A DNA stretch of 64,000 bases from Octopus vulgaris (taxonomy: Eukaryota): positions 163,432,001 to 163,496,000 of the forward strand of contig OX597817.1 in assembly GCA_951406725.2 (NCBI GenBank), in the 5' to 3' direction. A program made the position numbers and the translations under genes. How positions within the stretch are numbered: the stretch's first letter is position 1; every line of letters begins with the position of its first letter. Positions 39,789 to 52,802 of this stretch are shown here, piece by piece. The notes under the pieces were generated by a model. That model worked only from the letters and a program-made list of their open reading frames with translations. It had not been told where the DNA came from and did no database searches.

Positions 39789-40527
39789 GTGTTTGTCTCC
39801 ATTACTTATGTTACTTGTTCACGAACACCGTAATTTAGCGGTTAGGCGAAGAGATCCGATACAGTAAATACCTGACTAAAAAAAAAACAAAATCCATTCA
39901 ACACGGTGCTCCAGTATGGCTGCAGTTCAATGACTTAATTATGATGTTTTAAATGTGGGAGTAAAATCTGTATTACGATTTATTAAATGTAGGAATAAGG
40001 GATGTAGTTGTGAAGATTTATTAGAGCGTCGGTAAAAAATGCTTTGCGTTCTGAGTTCAGAAACCGCTGACGTTACCATTGCCTTTCATACTTCCATTAA
40101 GATAAAGAACCAATCAAGTACTGGGATCGATATAATCGATTATCTCCCCAACTGAAATGGTTGTCATGTGCCTAAATTAGAAACAATTAAATTTTGTAAT
40201 GTAATGATTATTACTATTTCTTAAACGTAGAAATAACGTGTTTATTTTCAAATTTTTCTCATTGCATTTGGAAGATTCGAAACACATGATATGAGGTCTC
40301 CCCAGCATGTGACCCCCTCGGGCGATTGCCCCAGTAATCGTTGTAGCGATTTCAGATCACAATCACCATCCCCTTACCTCCTGGAAATTTGAAAACGTAC
40401 TTAGATTACCGGAAGTGGGATCAAATCAATGTTAAATTACCCTTGGGTGATAGCTGGAAATTATTTCATCTTTAGCAATACGATTTCAAAAAAAACCCCA
40501 CCAAAACATTTATCGCACTTTATCTCT

Positions 40528-40919
40528 GCAGCAGCAGCAGCAACACCATCAGCAGCAAAACCAGTAGTAGTTGTAGTGGTTGTGGTGGCTGTGGTGGTGG
40601 TGGTTTGTGGTAGGGTCTTGGTTATAGTAGTTGTACACGTCGTAGTGATGGTGGTAAGAGAAGCAGTAGCAGTTGTGGTGATAGTATTGGTGGTGGTAGT
40701 GGTAGTAATGATGGTGGCAGTGTTGATGGTAGTGTTAGTAGTAATTGTATGAGTAGTAGTGGTAGTAGTAATTGTAGGAATAGTAGTGATAGTGATGACG
40801 GTGATCGAAGTCGGAGTGTTGGTAGTAGCAAAAGTAGTAGTAAACGTAGTATTGGTAGTAGTAGTAGTGGTGGTGGTGGTGGTGGTGGTGGTGGTGGTGG
40901 TAGTAGTAGTAGTAGCAGC

Positions 40920-40967
<48 letters not shown>

Positions 40968-41009
40968 GGTGGTGGTGGTGGTGGTGGTGGTAGTAGTAGT
41001 AGTAGCAGC

Positions 41010-41057
<48 letters not shown>

Positions 41058-41090
41058 GGTGGTGGTGGTGGTAGTAGTAGTAGTAGCAGC

Positions 41091-41141
<51 letters not shown>

Positions 41142-41174
41142 GGTGGTGGTGGTGGTAGTAGTAGTAGTAGCAGC

Positions 41175-41225
<51 letters not shown>

Positions 41226-41264
41226 GGTGGTGGTGGTAGTAGTAGTAGTAGCAGCAGTAGTAGC

Positions 41265-41303
<39 letters not shown>

Positions 41304-41310
41304 GGTGGTG

Positions 41311-41390
<80 letters not shown>

Positions 41391-41408
41391 GGCGGTAGTA
41401 GTAGTAGC
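40528..41408. repeat. Large (GTA)n/(GTG)n/(GCA) trinucleotide array with higher-order periodicity
   Basis: Degenerate left half; from about 40868 there are roughly six ~80-90-bp blocks, most of the form (GTG)n(GTA)5 GCA GCA (GTA)n. Confidence 0.95.
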
Positions 41409-41821
41409 TTATGAAACTAGGTTTAAATTAAACTTGCATGTATTATGAAATCGATTTCATCTTGTCTGAAGATTAATTTAAATGATTGCGGCGGGGGTGG
41501 GGTGGGGTGGGTTAACTTGAAATCTTTAGACCGGAACCTACTTCCGGCCAATGTTTTCACCAGTAAAACCCTCTTGAGTGACACCTATTTAAGAAGCAAT
41601 TTATCTATGTTGACGGTCTCTGGTGGTTTTCTAAACGTCTCGAGTCAGTAATGTAAGATGGTCGTTTACGCGTGTTTAGCAACGAATAAATTGATAGGGG
41701 AATAGTGAGAAGAAAGGCAATCAATCATTATTTTAGTAATTTGGAAGTAATCTGAGATTGAAAATAATTTTGGAGAGTTTTAAAAATAAAATTAAATAAA
41801 ATAATATAAAATAAAATATAT

Positions 41822-42230
41822 ATATTTTTTACTGCCCACAAGGGGCTAAACATAGAGGGGACAAACAAGGACAGACAAACGGATTAAGTCGATTATATCG
41901 ACCCCCAGTGCGTAATTGGTACTTAATTTATCGACCCCGAAAGGATGAAAGGCAAAGTCGACCTCGGCGGAATTTGAACTCAGAACGTAGCGGCACACGA
42001 AATACCTATTTCTTTACTAGCCACGAGGGGCTAAACACAGAAGGGGCAAACAAAGATAGACAGACGTATTAAGTCGATTATATCGACCCCCAGTGCGTAA
42101 TTGGTACTTAATTTATCGACCCCGAAAGGATGAAAGGCAAAGTCGACCTCGGCGGAATTTGAACCCAGAACGTAACGACAGACGAAATACCGCTATGCAT
42201 TTCGCCCGGCGTGCTAACCGTTCTGCCAGC
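41822..42230 (-). mobile_element. Dimeric family A SINE
   Basis: Two tandem units; shares diagnostic variants with 48027-48447. Confidence 0.9.
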
Positions 42231-42344
42231 TAATAAGCGTAAGTATGTTTATGTGGTTGCTTTCCAGTCGCGTAGTTCCGGGGTCAGTTCCACTGCGTTG
42301 CAGCCTGGGCAAGTGTCTTCTATTAATAATTATAAATATGCAAC

Positions 42345-42434
42345 GACTCTTTTACTCTTTTACCTGTTTCAGTTATTTGACTGCGGCCATGTTGGGGGTA
42401 CAAACACAGACACACAAATATATACACACACATG

Positions 42435-42506
<72 letters not shown>

Positions 42507-42680
42507 CATATATACGACGGGCTTCTTTCAGTTTCTGTCTACCAAATCCACTCACAAGGCTTTGGTTGGCCCGAGGTTATAGTAGAAGACACTTGCCCAA
42601 GGTGCCATGCAGTGGGACTGAACCCGGAACCATGTGGTTGGTAAGCAAGCTACTTACCACACAGCCATTCCTGCGCCTAT
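42345..42680 (-). mobile_element. Family B SINE (head-intact copy)
   Basis: ATAGGCGCAGGAATGGCTGTGTGGTAAG head on the minus strand; internal (CA)n(TA)n. Confidence 0.85.
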
Positions 42681-43446
42681 AATATATGATTTTTTTAAAT
42701 ATATAATTTAAAAAAAATATTAAATAGCTATGAGCGTCAATCCAAGTAAAATGGGAATCAAAGGAGACCATAGGCAAAAAATGGTCGTGGCTCACTGCTC
42801 CAACCGTGGTTCGTCGACATTAGATAATTTAGAGTACAATATCAGCATCTTCAGAAATTTAAATGTACAACAAGATATAAATTAATCAGTAACAATGAAA
42901 TCTCATCGGAAAAGCAAGGGTATTTCATTAGCTATAGTTATATTTTAATCAGTAAAGGCAAGAGACTATGAAGTATTCGTCTCGTACGTAATTCGCCAAA
43001 TATTTGGAACAAAACCGATGGCGGAAATTAAATGAAATTCTTCGCCAGAACTGGACAGTGTATTGTAAAAGTACAGTTAGCAGGAAGAAGTATTTACGTA
43101 TGTAAGTGAACTGTAACAGTGTTTACATATCTGAGATGAGAGAGAGGGAGAAATAGAGCAATAGAAAGAGAGTGCGTGGGAGTGGAGAGAGAAAGAGAGA
43201 GAAAGAGGCAGTGAGAAATAGACAGATAGAGAAAGACACAGAGAGAGAGAGAGAAAGAGAAAGAGAGGATATTCAATTTTCTTTACACTCTGTTCTTTTC
43301 TTTCCGTCTGGATTTATGTAGGAAGGTCAGGATTCATGGCTTTTTGGACGGTTTCTGAGAATGTTGGAGGAAAATAAAGCAACCAAGATTCGTGTTATTC
43401 TCAGACGGGAGAGCTGTTTCGAAAACTTGCAACAAGCTGACCCTGA

Positions 43447-43691
43447 TAAGTTAAGTTAAGTTAAGTTAATTTTTTGGCTCAAAAAGCAAAAAGCAAGGCC
43501 ATGTAGGGGGACATGGAGTTATGTACAGGGTGGTGTTCATGCAGAGAGTTCAGGCCATTTGTGGTCATGGGAGACTTTGAACCGAGCGGTCGTCGGCATC
43601 TTCACTATCTCGTCCGGCAGCTTATTCCACAGATCCGCAACCCGGACGGAGAAAGCCCCTCTCCTTCGATTGAGATGAAATCGTCGCAGAT
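43447..43691 (-). mobile_element. Second CR1-type LINE 3' fragment
   Basis: Near-identical to 33292-33512; (TTAAC)n tail. Confidence 0.9.
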
Positions 43692-44566
43692 GAAGACATT
43701 TAAGGGCCGAAATATGGTACTAAACCGAGTGACGATTAAATGTATCATACCAAAAGTTTTACATATCATTCGACAGTTTCGGTTCACCGAAATTTACACA
43801 CTCGGTTTGAGTCGACCATTGTCTATAGCAGAGCGCTCATAGCTAAAACACTAAGGTCTGGTTGTGTGCTTTATAAGTTCACTTCGCAACCACAAGGATC
43901 AATCACTAGCCCTACAGCAGAGCATCATGGGCAAGTATTTTCTTCTATAACCCTGGGCCAATCTATGCCACGGGAAGGAATTTGGTTGACGAAAAATGTG
44001 TGGAAGCCCATCAGCTATGTGTGTGTGTGTATTTTTTGTGTCTTTTCGTTTGCGTTTATCACACCATTGGTTGAAAACCAGTTAATGGCTCGGTAAGAAA
44101 TCGATAGAATAAGTACCAGACTTAACAAAAAAACCCCCCAAAAAACAATGCACTGGGTTGAGAATCGTTTGACTAACCTTACAATGGAGTGCTCCAGCAT
44201 GACCACAGTTCAATGCTTGAAGGAAGTAAATGAGGAAATGAATTTGCTTGGAAACAGATTATTGCGAAGTAATCTCCGTAATAAGACAGCTTTGCTGCTA
44301 AATATAACGAGGTTAACTCATGCGTACTTTACAAGGAGCAAAGACTAGATGGACGTTAACCAAGGTTCATGCAAAGGGATGTATAGTTTTAGATCAGATG
44401 GATTACATAGAGTGTGACGAGATGAATATTTGGCTTGGCTCAATGAAGCATGAACACTAGACGTTCATGATGCGATGCATGTCACGCCATTGTAGTACAA
44501 TATAGACATCTTGGAAGAACAGCCATACGGAAGTGATCTTTAGGTGAAACAAATATGGCAAGGGAA

Positions 44567-44638
<72 letters not shown>

Positions 44639-44650
44639 TTATTAATATTA

Positions 44651-44690
<40 letters not shown>

Positions 44691-44699
44691 GCGATAAAT

Positions 44700-45105
44700 T
44701 TTCAGGTGTGGCTGTGTGGTAAGAAGCTTGCTTCCTAATCACATGGTTCGGGGTTCAGTCCTACTGCGTGGCACCTTGGGCATGTTTCTTCTATTATAGC
44801 CACGAGCTAGCCAACGGCTTGTGAGTGGATTTAGCTGTCGGAAACTAAAAGAAGCTCCTCGTATATATATATATATGCATATATTTGCTTTTGTGTCTGT
44901 GTTTGTCCCCCACCCTCACTATCGCTCGACAACCGATATTGGTGTGTTTACGTCCCCGTAACTTAACAGTTCGGCAAAAGAGTCCAATCGAATAACTACC
45001 AGGCTTACAAAGAATAAGTCCTGGGGTCGATTTCTTCGACTAAAAAGGCGGTACTCCAGCATGGCAACTGTCAAAATGACTGAAACAAGTAAGAGAATAA
45101 AAGAA
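44700..45105 (+). mobile_element. Family B SINE, near full length
   Basis: Head, internal (TA)n and tail blocks present; an older copy lies at about 43855-44230. Confidence 0.85.
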
Positions 45106-45430
45106 TATATATATGCATATATACATGATAATAAATTAATGCCACGGGCGTACAAACATAGAAAACGTCAACCATTTCGTAACATCATTAAAATGTGCAT
45201 ATATATATATTTGCACATTTTAATGATACTAGGGAAAAAAGGGTTAATGTTTTGCATATATGTACGCATATGGCGTTAATATAAATTTATTATCATGTAT
45301 ATTACATATACATAATCAGCCATCATTAAAGTACATTTAGAGAGAGAGAGAGAGGGAAGTGAAAGTGAGAGAAAGAAGTGAAAGTGATATATAGAAAGAC
45401 AGATAAGGAAAGAGGTAAATAAGTGAGCAA

Positions 45431-45446
45431 ATAGATAGATAGATAA

Positions 45447-45505
<59 letters not shown>

Positions 45506-45563
45506 TGTAGGTAGATAGGTAGGTAGATAGATAGGTAAATATGTAGATAGATAAGTAGATATG

Positions 45564-45661
<98 letters not shown>
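45431..45661. repeat. (GATA)n microsatellite
   Basis: Visible directly. Confidence 0.95.
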
Positions 45662-45662
<1 letters not shown>

Positions 45663-45882
45663 GTGAAAATCCTAATGCGTGTGCTACGAGCCGACTCGAT
45701 TCCTGGTGCTAGATATATTTCCGATTCAGATATGTGGAAACCATAATGACATTACTTCCTTAATTTTACTCAATTACCGAAGTCACAAGGCGTTGGTTAC
45801 ATTTCATTGCGAGGTAAGTCAAATAATTGACACTTAAACACCCTAGCAACCTGCATCGCTGTATATATATATATACACACAC

Positions 45883-45913
<31 letters not shown>

Positions 45914-45940
45914 TATACATGGAGTGAATGAGAAGGAGTG

Positions 45941-45987
<47 letters not shown>

Positions 45988-46198
45988 ATAGAAGAACGAG
46001 CGAGAAGAGAGAGAGAGAGGTATAGAGTGGGAGAGAGAAATTCTAATTTTGGTACAATATCAAAACGTTTGGACATGAGGAGAATATTCGATTGAATCGA
46101 ATAATTGATTGGCACTTAATTTGTAAACCGGAAAGACTTCCACGTAATGATAGGTCATTAAATACTGCAAGGAAATTTTGTCTTGCAGTATATAAGTA

Positions 46199-46257
<59 letters not shown>

Positions 46258-46329
46258 TATATACACTGTGTGTGTGTATACATATATGTATCTTGTCCCA
46301 TTTTTGTATTATATATATATATATATATT

Positions 46330-46780
46330 AATATTTTATTTAGGCATAGCAATACTTATAACCTGGTCTTGGAACTCAATGAGCATGTACTTCAGAGTAA
46401 TGCATTGGTCGAGTGCAGTGCGTAATATGAATTTAAATAAATGACAAACGAAGAGGAAATTATAAAATGGATTTCATTTGTCTACAGCTGTTTCACATAC
46501 AAGATGCAGTGCGCTCAGGGGTAAGTGCTTGTGCATCACTTTATAGCTTCTTCGGAGCATCTAAAATGAAGTGCAAGTCTATTTGGGAAATCATTTGCTT
46601 ATATAGAAAAGATCACCATCGAAAACTCTAAAAAATATCTATGAAATTGTGTAAAGAGTTTGAGGGATAAAAGTCACTCCTAGAAATTGCACAGCATTTT
46701 ATAACAGAAACAGCTGTAAAGTAATGCAACTGATTAAACAACTTCCAGTTACTTTGTCATTTATTTATTTTCGCATACAC
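46330..46780. mobile_element. Old Penelope-like remnant with diverged inverted arms
   Basis: AAATAAATGACAAA...TACAGCTGTTTC (about 46435-46494) mirrored by GAAACAGCTGTA...TTTGTCATTTATTT (about 46707-46767); starts right after (TA)n. Confidence 0.45.
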
Positions 46781-46890
46781 GCGCGCACGCGGTTGTATCA
46801 TCATGTGTGCCTAATGATACGTTATAAATTATAGCAAAACATTTTGTCGGCACCTTCATATCTTTCTTTCTCTCTAACTATCCTTCTAAA

Positions 46891-46947
<57 letters not shown>

Positions 46948-47356
46948 AATATATGCATATACAAACAGATGTATATATTAACGTTTATACCTGATATAAT
47001 TGGTGCATCTGACTTTCTGAGTACATGCCTAAGTGATAATCATGAAAAGCTAGAGTTTTCAGAAAAAGAAATCAACCTGCTAACACGCACATTATAAATG
47101 CATTATGTAAGAAGAACAGTAAAAAATGCAAGAATTTTCTCAAGCTCAAGATGAGATTGTTTTTGTAATATATTTCCCAACGATGGAGCTTTATATCTCT
47201 GTTAGAAATAACTCCATTACAAGAAGACTTCAAATAATTAGAAATAGAACAGAATATTCATACATACATACATGCATACATACATACATACATACATACA
47301 TACATACATACATACATACATACACACATACATACATACATACATACATACATACA

Positions 47357-47391
<35 letters not shown>

Positions 47392-47409
47392 TTACATATA
47401 TACATGCAT

Positions 47410-47745
47410 AGTAAACTTAATATACTGACATGGTGGTTTGATACAGAAAAGAGAAACTGTACAGTTGTGGAAATCAGCTGCCCAATGGATGTTGACAAAT
47501 CAAAAGATCAACGAAACAGAAGATACTTATGCTGAATTATTGAGAAATCTGCAGTTCTCTAGCCAGATTACATGTTTAGGTTTATACCTGTAATTACTAG
47601 GGCACTAGAATATGTAACACACTGCCTAAATACCAATCTTGAGAAATTAGGCTTCTCAAAACCAGAAAAGAGAATGCTAATTCGAAGACTGCAGATCCAA
47701 GCCATCACTAGAACTATAAAAGTCCGTGAAAGTTTTTCATTTTAG
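47410..47745 (+). mobile_element. Degenerate RLE non-LTR retrotransposon C-terminal fragment
   Basis: KRNCTVVEISCPMDVD...FRFIPVITRALEYVTHCLNTNLEKLGFSKPEKRMLIRRLQIQAI, resembling an RLE domain with stops and frameshifts. Confidence 0.7.
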
Positions 47746-48026
47746 TATATATGAGCATGGCTAGACATACAAGTATATGCATGAGAATACATACATAAAA
47801 CAAAACATGCAAATCTGCACATGCACTAACTCCAAATACTGCACATATGCACATAGATGCACAAATACCTTGTTGATGTTGGAATTCTAAAGAAGGAGCC
47901 TAGGATCTTTTGGCATGAAATCTTGAAATAAAACTGAATAATGACATACATAAATATATACATTCATAAGATTGTGTGTTAGTACACTTCATGAAGGTGA
48001 GTGATAGGTAGAAACGTAAAAGTTTC

Positions 48027-48447
48027 TGCCTAGGCGGCGAGCTGGCAGAATCGTTAGCACGCCGGGCGAAATGCGTAGCCGTATTTCGTCTGCCGTTACG
48101 TTCTGAGTTCAAATTCCGCCGAGGTCGACTTTGCCTTTCATCCTTTCGAGGTCGATTAAATAAGTACCAGTTACGCACTGGGGTCGATATAATCGACTTA
48201 ATACGTCTGTCTATCCTTGTTTGTCCCTTCTGTGTTTAGCCCCTCGTGGCTAGTAAAGAAATAGGTATTTCGTGTGCCGCTACGTTCTGAGTTCAAATTC
48301 CGCCGAGGTCGACTTTGCCTTGCTTCCTTTCGGGATCGATTAAATAAGTACCAGTTAGGCACTGGAGTCGATATAATCGACGTAATCCGTTTGTCTGTCC
48401 TTGTTTGTCCCCTCTATGTTTAGCCCCTTGTGGGCAATAAATAAATA
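48027..48447 (+). mobile_element. Dimeric family A SINE with 17-bp TSD
   Basis: AGAAACGTAAAAGTTTC at 48010-48026 and 48448-48464 encloses both units. Confidence 0.9.
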
Positions 48448-50059
48448 AGAAACGTAAAAGTTTCGTACACAATCCTTTGCAATACTTATTCCAGTTCTTT
48501 CACATTTTGAAATTAATTCCCACCGCGTTCATTTCTGTCTTTGGGGTTTTTTTTTTCCGAAGTCGGCGAAGTAAGAGAAAAGGACAGTGCAGAGGCAGAA
48601 TTGTCAGAGTGTTGAGCAAAATACCTTGAGGTTCTTGTTCAAGCACTCTATGTTCTCAGTTCATCTGTAGTGAAATTGTTTATTAATGGCTCTTCAGTGA
48701 TCGCTAACTCACTTCCGATCAAAGAGAGGAAAATGTATGTTTTAACCAGCGTGTGTACTTTTGTATAGCAAAGTTAAAATCTTTTGTTTACCGTAAATTC
48801 ATTCTTAGTGGTTAGGGTGTCAGCATAATGATCGTAAGATTGTGGTTTCGATTCCTGAACTGGGTGTGGCGTTGTCTTCTTGACCAAAACACTTTATTTC
48901 ACGTTGCTCCAGTCCACTCAGTTGGCAAAAATGAGTAACGCTGCGATGGACTGGCGTCCCTTCCAGCTGGGGAAGACATACGCCATAGAAACCAGGAAAC
49001 CGGGCCCATGAGCTTAGCTAGGCTTTAAAAGGGCGCGTTTATTATTTTTTTTAAATGCACTCTTACACTGTTTACTGCGTGTTTTAATAGACATACATGC
49101 ACACGATTGTACGTATAAAAGTATAAAATTTTAGCATGTTGTAACTACACAAACACACCTATAGACATGCCAGCATGTTTGTGTACATATACATAAAAAA
49201 TATACACTGTTATCCAGGCATGCATCCATGTGTTGATATACACATACATATGTATATGTACACATGTGGTGCTCCAGCATGACCCCAGCTTCTGGCTGAA
49301 AGCAATGAAAGAATACATACATAAATACATTCATATGTATAAAGATACATATATACATAAATGCATAACTACGACCTTGATGTATAAATTTCAATGAAAG
49401 CGGCTTACTTTTCGGCATAAAAGCAGCTCTTTCTCCATTGATCAAAAAATAAAATGAGGAAAAGGCACGAACGCACGCATGCACACACATACACACACTC
49501 ACACACAAAAAAACACCAACATCTAAATGAAACTACGGTGGTGTTCGTGTGCTAATTTTATTGGATCATGAATCGTACTTTGTTACACTGGCCCAAAGTT
49601 TAGTTTCGTTTCAACCTAAACAGTTCTATACGAATTCCGAGTAGTAAACCACTTTATTAAGCTATAAACAGTAACAATGTCACGGTGTTTTAAAAAGAAA
49701 TGCACGGTCAATGTCAAAAAGGAAATACTTCTAATGAGAAATGTATATTGTCGACAGTTTTTGCGGTTAGACATGTAGTAGTTATGAAAAGGATGTACAA
49801 GGGATATTTATGACAAATCTCCTTTTTATCCAACTCCGTATGATGTCAGGAACGACGTTAAGTCATGCGACTGCTTTACATCTCCTATAATAATAAGGAA
49901 TCAGATGAACCAGATTTTTATATACACTACGACTCTTGTTGTATAACAAGTTTTGAAATTAAACCGAAGGAAAGCAATTCCCAGTGCAATGGATGCAGAA
50001 TATACGGAATGTAAGAATGTAGCTGTTGTGTGTTGAAGTTTTCTAGATATTCCAGTACC

Positions 50060-51500
50060 AGACTACTTCTTCATCGAACACATTGGGAAACTAGTTTATC
50101 TCATTCACTTAGTGAATGCTTCTGTGAAGAAAGTAACATATGTCAGAGACCAGTGACTCTCAGTTGAAATTTTATATAAAGTGGAGCGACTGAACGTTAA
50201 TCTTGGAAAACTAACGTCGTTTTTATTTTTTAACAGGAAAAGTGAAAGCGAAGGAAATAAATATATGCCAACAGCAAAATTTCAAAGCATATAGCAGAAA
50301 AGATGATACCATTTACACATGGATAGTTTATGAAGGATGTTTCACTGGCAATAATATGTAATGTCTGCAAGAACGATCATACGATGAGTTGAAGAAATGT
50401 TAACAGATGTCGAAACTTATTTAATGGATACTTGCAATATATTGCATTTTTCTTTTCAATTACGCTTGATAACAGATTTCAGAGACACTGTTCATCTTGC
50501 AGCGTTTGCGCATGGAGTAGGCTTCAATCTCATGAAAAATATGATTACTAGAGCAGACATTTTTGCAGCTTTGTGGAAAATAATATCGGAAATAAGATTT
50601 GATGTGTCGAATCTAATTGGTGCAGGCAATAGTGAGATACAGTAAAGGCATCTTCGCATCGCTGGAAATTGCACAAGAACTGGTTGTCCTTTTAATATGT
50701 AATGTGCCAAATTAGTTCAGCAGTTCTTTTGCGGAATACAAAAGCAAAATATGGAGACCAAGCTATTTCTGAAACAGATGTTAGCTTAGCCGAGAATTAA
50801 TTATAGAAAAAATTGCAGTACATAAACATATGGCAATAATACTTTAAAAAATGTAGATGGTCCACATTGTCGTTATACTGCTTGGCTCATTTAAATAACT
50901 TGAATTTACAACTTCAGGGGGAAATTTGCTAATACACGAGATATACGATCATATTAGAGCATCTGAAAGAAAGTTGCAATAGTAGGAATCCCATATTCGA
51001 AAAGGAAATTACACTCATTTCTCCCACTTTGCAAAAAAAAAAATATAGAACTAGATCCAGGCACTTTTGTAAATATGATCCCAGAATTAACATAACAAAA
51101 AAAACAACAACAAAAGAACAGAGCTTTCAGTTCGTTTTGATAACGTTTGCTTTCATGCAAATGAATTCCAGCTGTTTTGCAACATCGTTTGATGTGGAAG
51201 TAAACACTGCATTAGAAAATTAACAAATGGCGTTGACTTAGATGCGGTATGACGACATATTGACATCAAAATTTCATTCTGAATATAAGCCAGTGCTTGA
51301 CTTTTATAGAATTAAATATAGTTGTCTTGATGGGATGTATCTTAATTTAATAATCTATGCAAAAATAGAAAAAAAGGGGATTTATGTTTGCCTATACTTA
51401 ACAGTAATTGCAGTTTTTAAAAAAATAAAATATGCCAAAAACTATTTGAAAACAAAATTGACTAAAAGCCATATGGATAATATCTTGCTGTCGATAACAA
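50060..51500 (+). pseudogene. Decayed hAT transposase (GTF2IRD2/EPM2AIP1/Charlie-like)
   Basis: Colinear broken motifs: DYFFIEHIGKLVYL; KHIAEKMIPFTHG; MSARTIIR*VEEM; FSFQLRLITDFRDTVHLAAF (cf. FSLALDESTD..DTAQLA.F); LNNLNLQLQG; IYDHIRASERKLQ; MRYDDILTSKF; KIKYAKNYLKTKLTKSHMDNIL (hAT C-terminal dimerisation region). Many stops and frameshifts; TIRs not found. Confidence 0.85.
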
Positions 51501-51588
51501 GCCTAAAAATATTTAGGAGCTTTCAATAAAAAGTAACAAATTTCCTATTGATTCATCAACTTTTTGCATTAAAACTGAATAAATCTCA

Positions 51589-51605
51589 TATTATTATTAT
51601 TATTA

Positions 51606-51700
<95 letters not shown>

Positions 51701-52046
51701 TACCACGTGTTTTCACTGCACTACCGAGCGTAGCTCCGTATGCCTTGGGTATGTGCTGTGGTTTGTTGTGGTGCTCTTATTTTCACTATATTGAAGATGT
51801 TTTACGTAGGATGTGTGCGGTGCCTATTAGTGCTATTTTCTGTATGTTAAGTCCTGGTGTTTTTGTTATGTATTTGTCTGAATGTTTTCTTCTATCATAC
51901 ATAATGAGCCTACTACAATATGAATCACTTCTGTTTTTAGGCTCCACCTTCGAGATACCTCTATTTCCAGATCTTTGTATTTTGAAAGTTTCTCCGTTTC
52001 TTTAAGAGAAACATTGTCATCTGTTGGTACTGATACATCGATTAGA
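51589..52046 (-). mobile_element. R4/Dong-like LINE 3' fragment with (AAT)n tail
   Basis: Minus strand ...NIQKIALIGTAHILRKTSSI*; bounded by (ATT)n on both sides. Confidence 0.8.
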
Positions 52047-52105
52047 AATTATTATTATTATAATAACTGCTGTCCTTGTGGCAAAATTTGAAACCATTAT
52101 CATCA

Positions 52106-52200
<95 letters not shown>

Positions 52201-52750
52201 GAGTGAGAGAGCAGTGCATGCTATCAAAGTGACGTTGGGGTAAAATATACAAAGCCCAGTATACCCATTATAACTACCCGTCTGATAATGGTACATCAGA
52301 CACATGCATTATAACCATATGAGCACGACATTGTGATCTCATATCAAGATAAACAGCAGATGTCCTTGCAGGTGTGGCCCAGTTAGAATTTTCTTCAGTA
52401 GCCCATCCCGCTCAAAAGGTCCTTGAATAAGGGTTGTTTAAGGATGTTGGACGAAACACCCATGTTTCTCAAGGCGAATTATCCAAACCACAAAGACTTC
52501 TTCTCAACACATGGCTATGATGCTCCCCCACTACTTCTGCTCGTGATCAGAGATGCACATATTGTCAGCCACTAAGGGACATGCTCAACTAGTTAAGGTC
52601 AAACAACTGACAAGCAAATCTGTAGTATTGAAGAGAATATTCGCTGTAGCCCATCTTTTGTACCAAGACAAAACAATGTACATGGTAACATTTCCAATAA
52701 GTTAAGATCAGAAACCATGAGAGCCACTGCCTGTTCCAGCACCAGTGCTT
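52201..52750 (-). mobile_element. Non-coding element inserted in (AAT)n (probable non-autonomous partner of an AAT-targeting LINE)
   Basis: ~550 bp of higher-GC sequence sharply bounded by (ATT)n and (ATC)n tracts; no ORF. Family assignment and orientation are inferred. Confidence 0.4.
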
Positions 52751-52802
52751 ATCATCATCATCAACATCATCATCATTGTCGTCGTCGTTGTTGTTGATAT
52801 TA

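Noticed and set aside
40749-41448. 221-aa Ser/Gly-rich and 229-aa poly-Val ORFs
   Set aside because: They are translations of the (GTA)/(GTG) array, with no splice signals or complex sequence.
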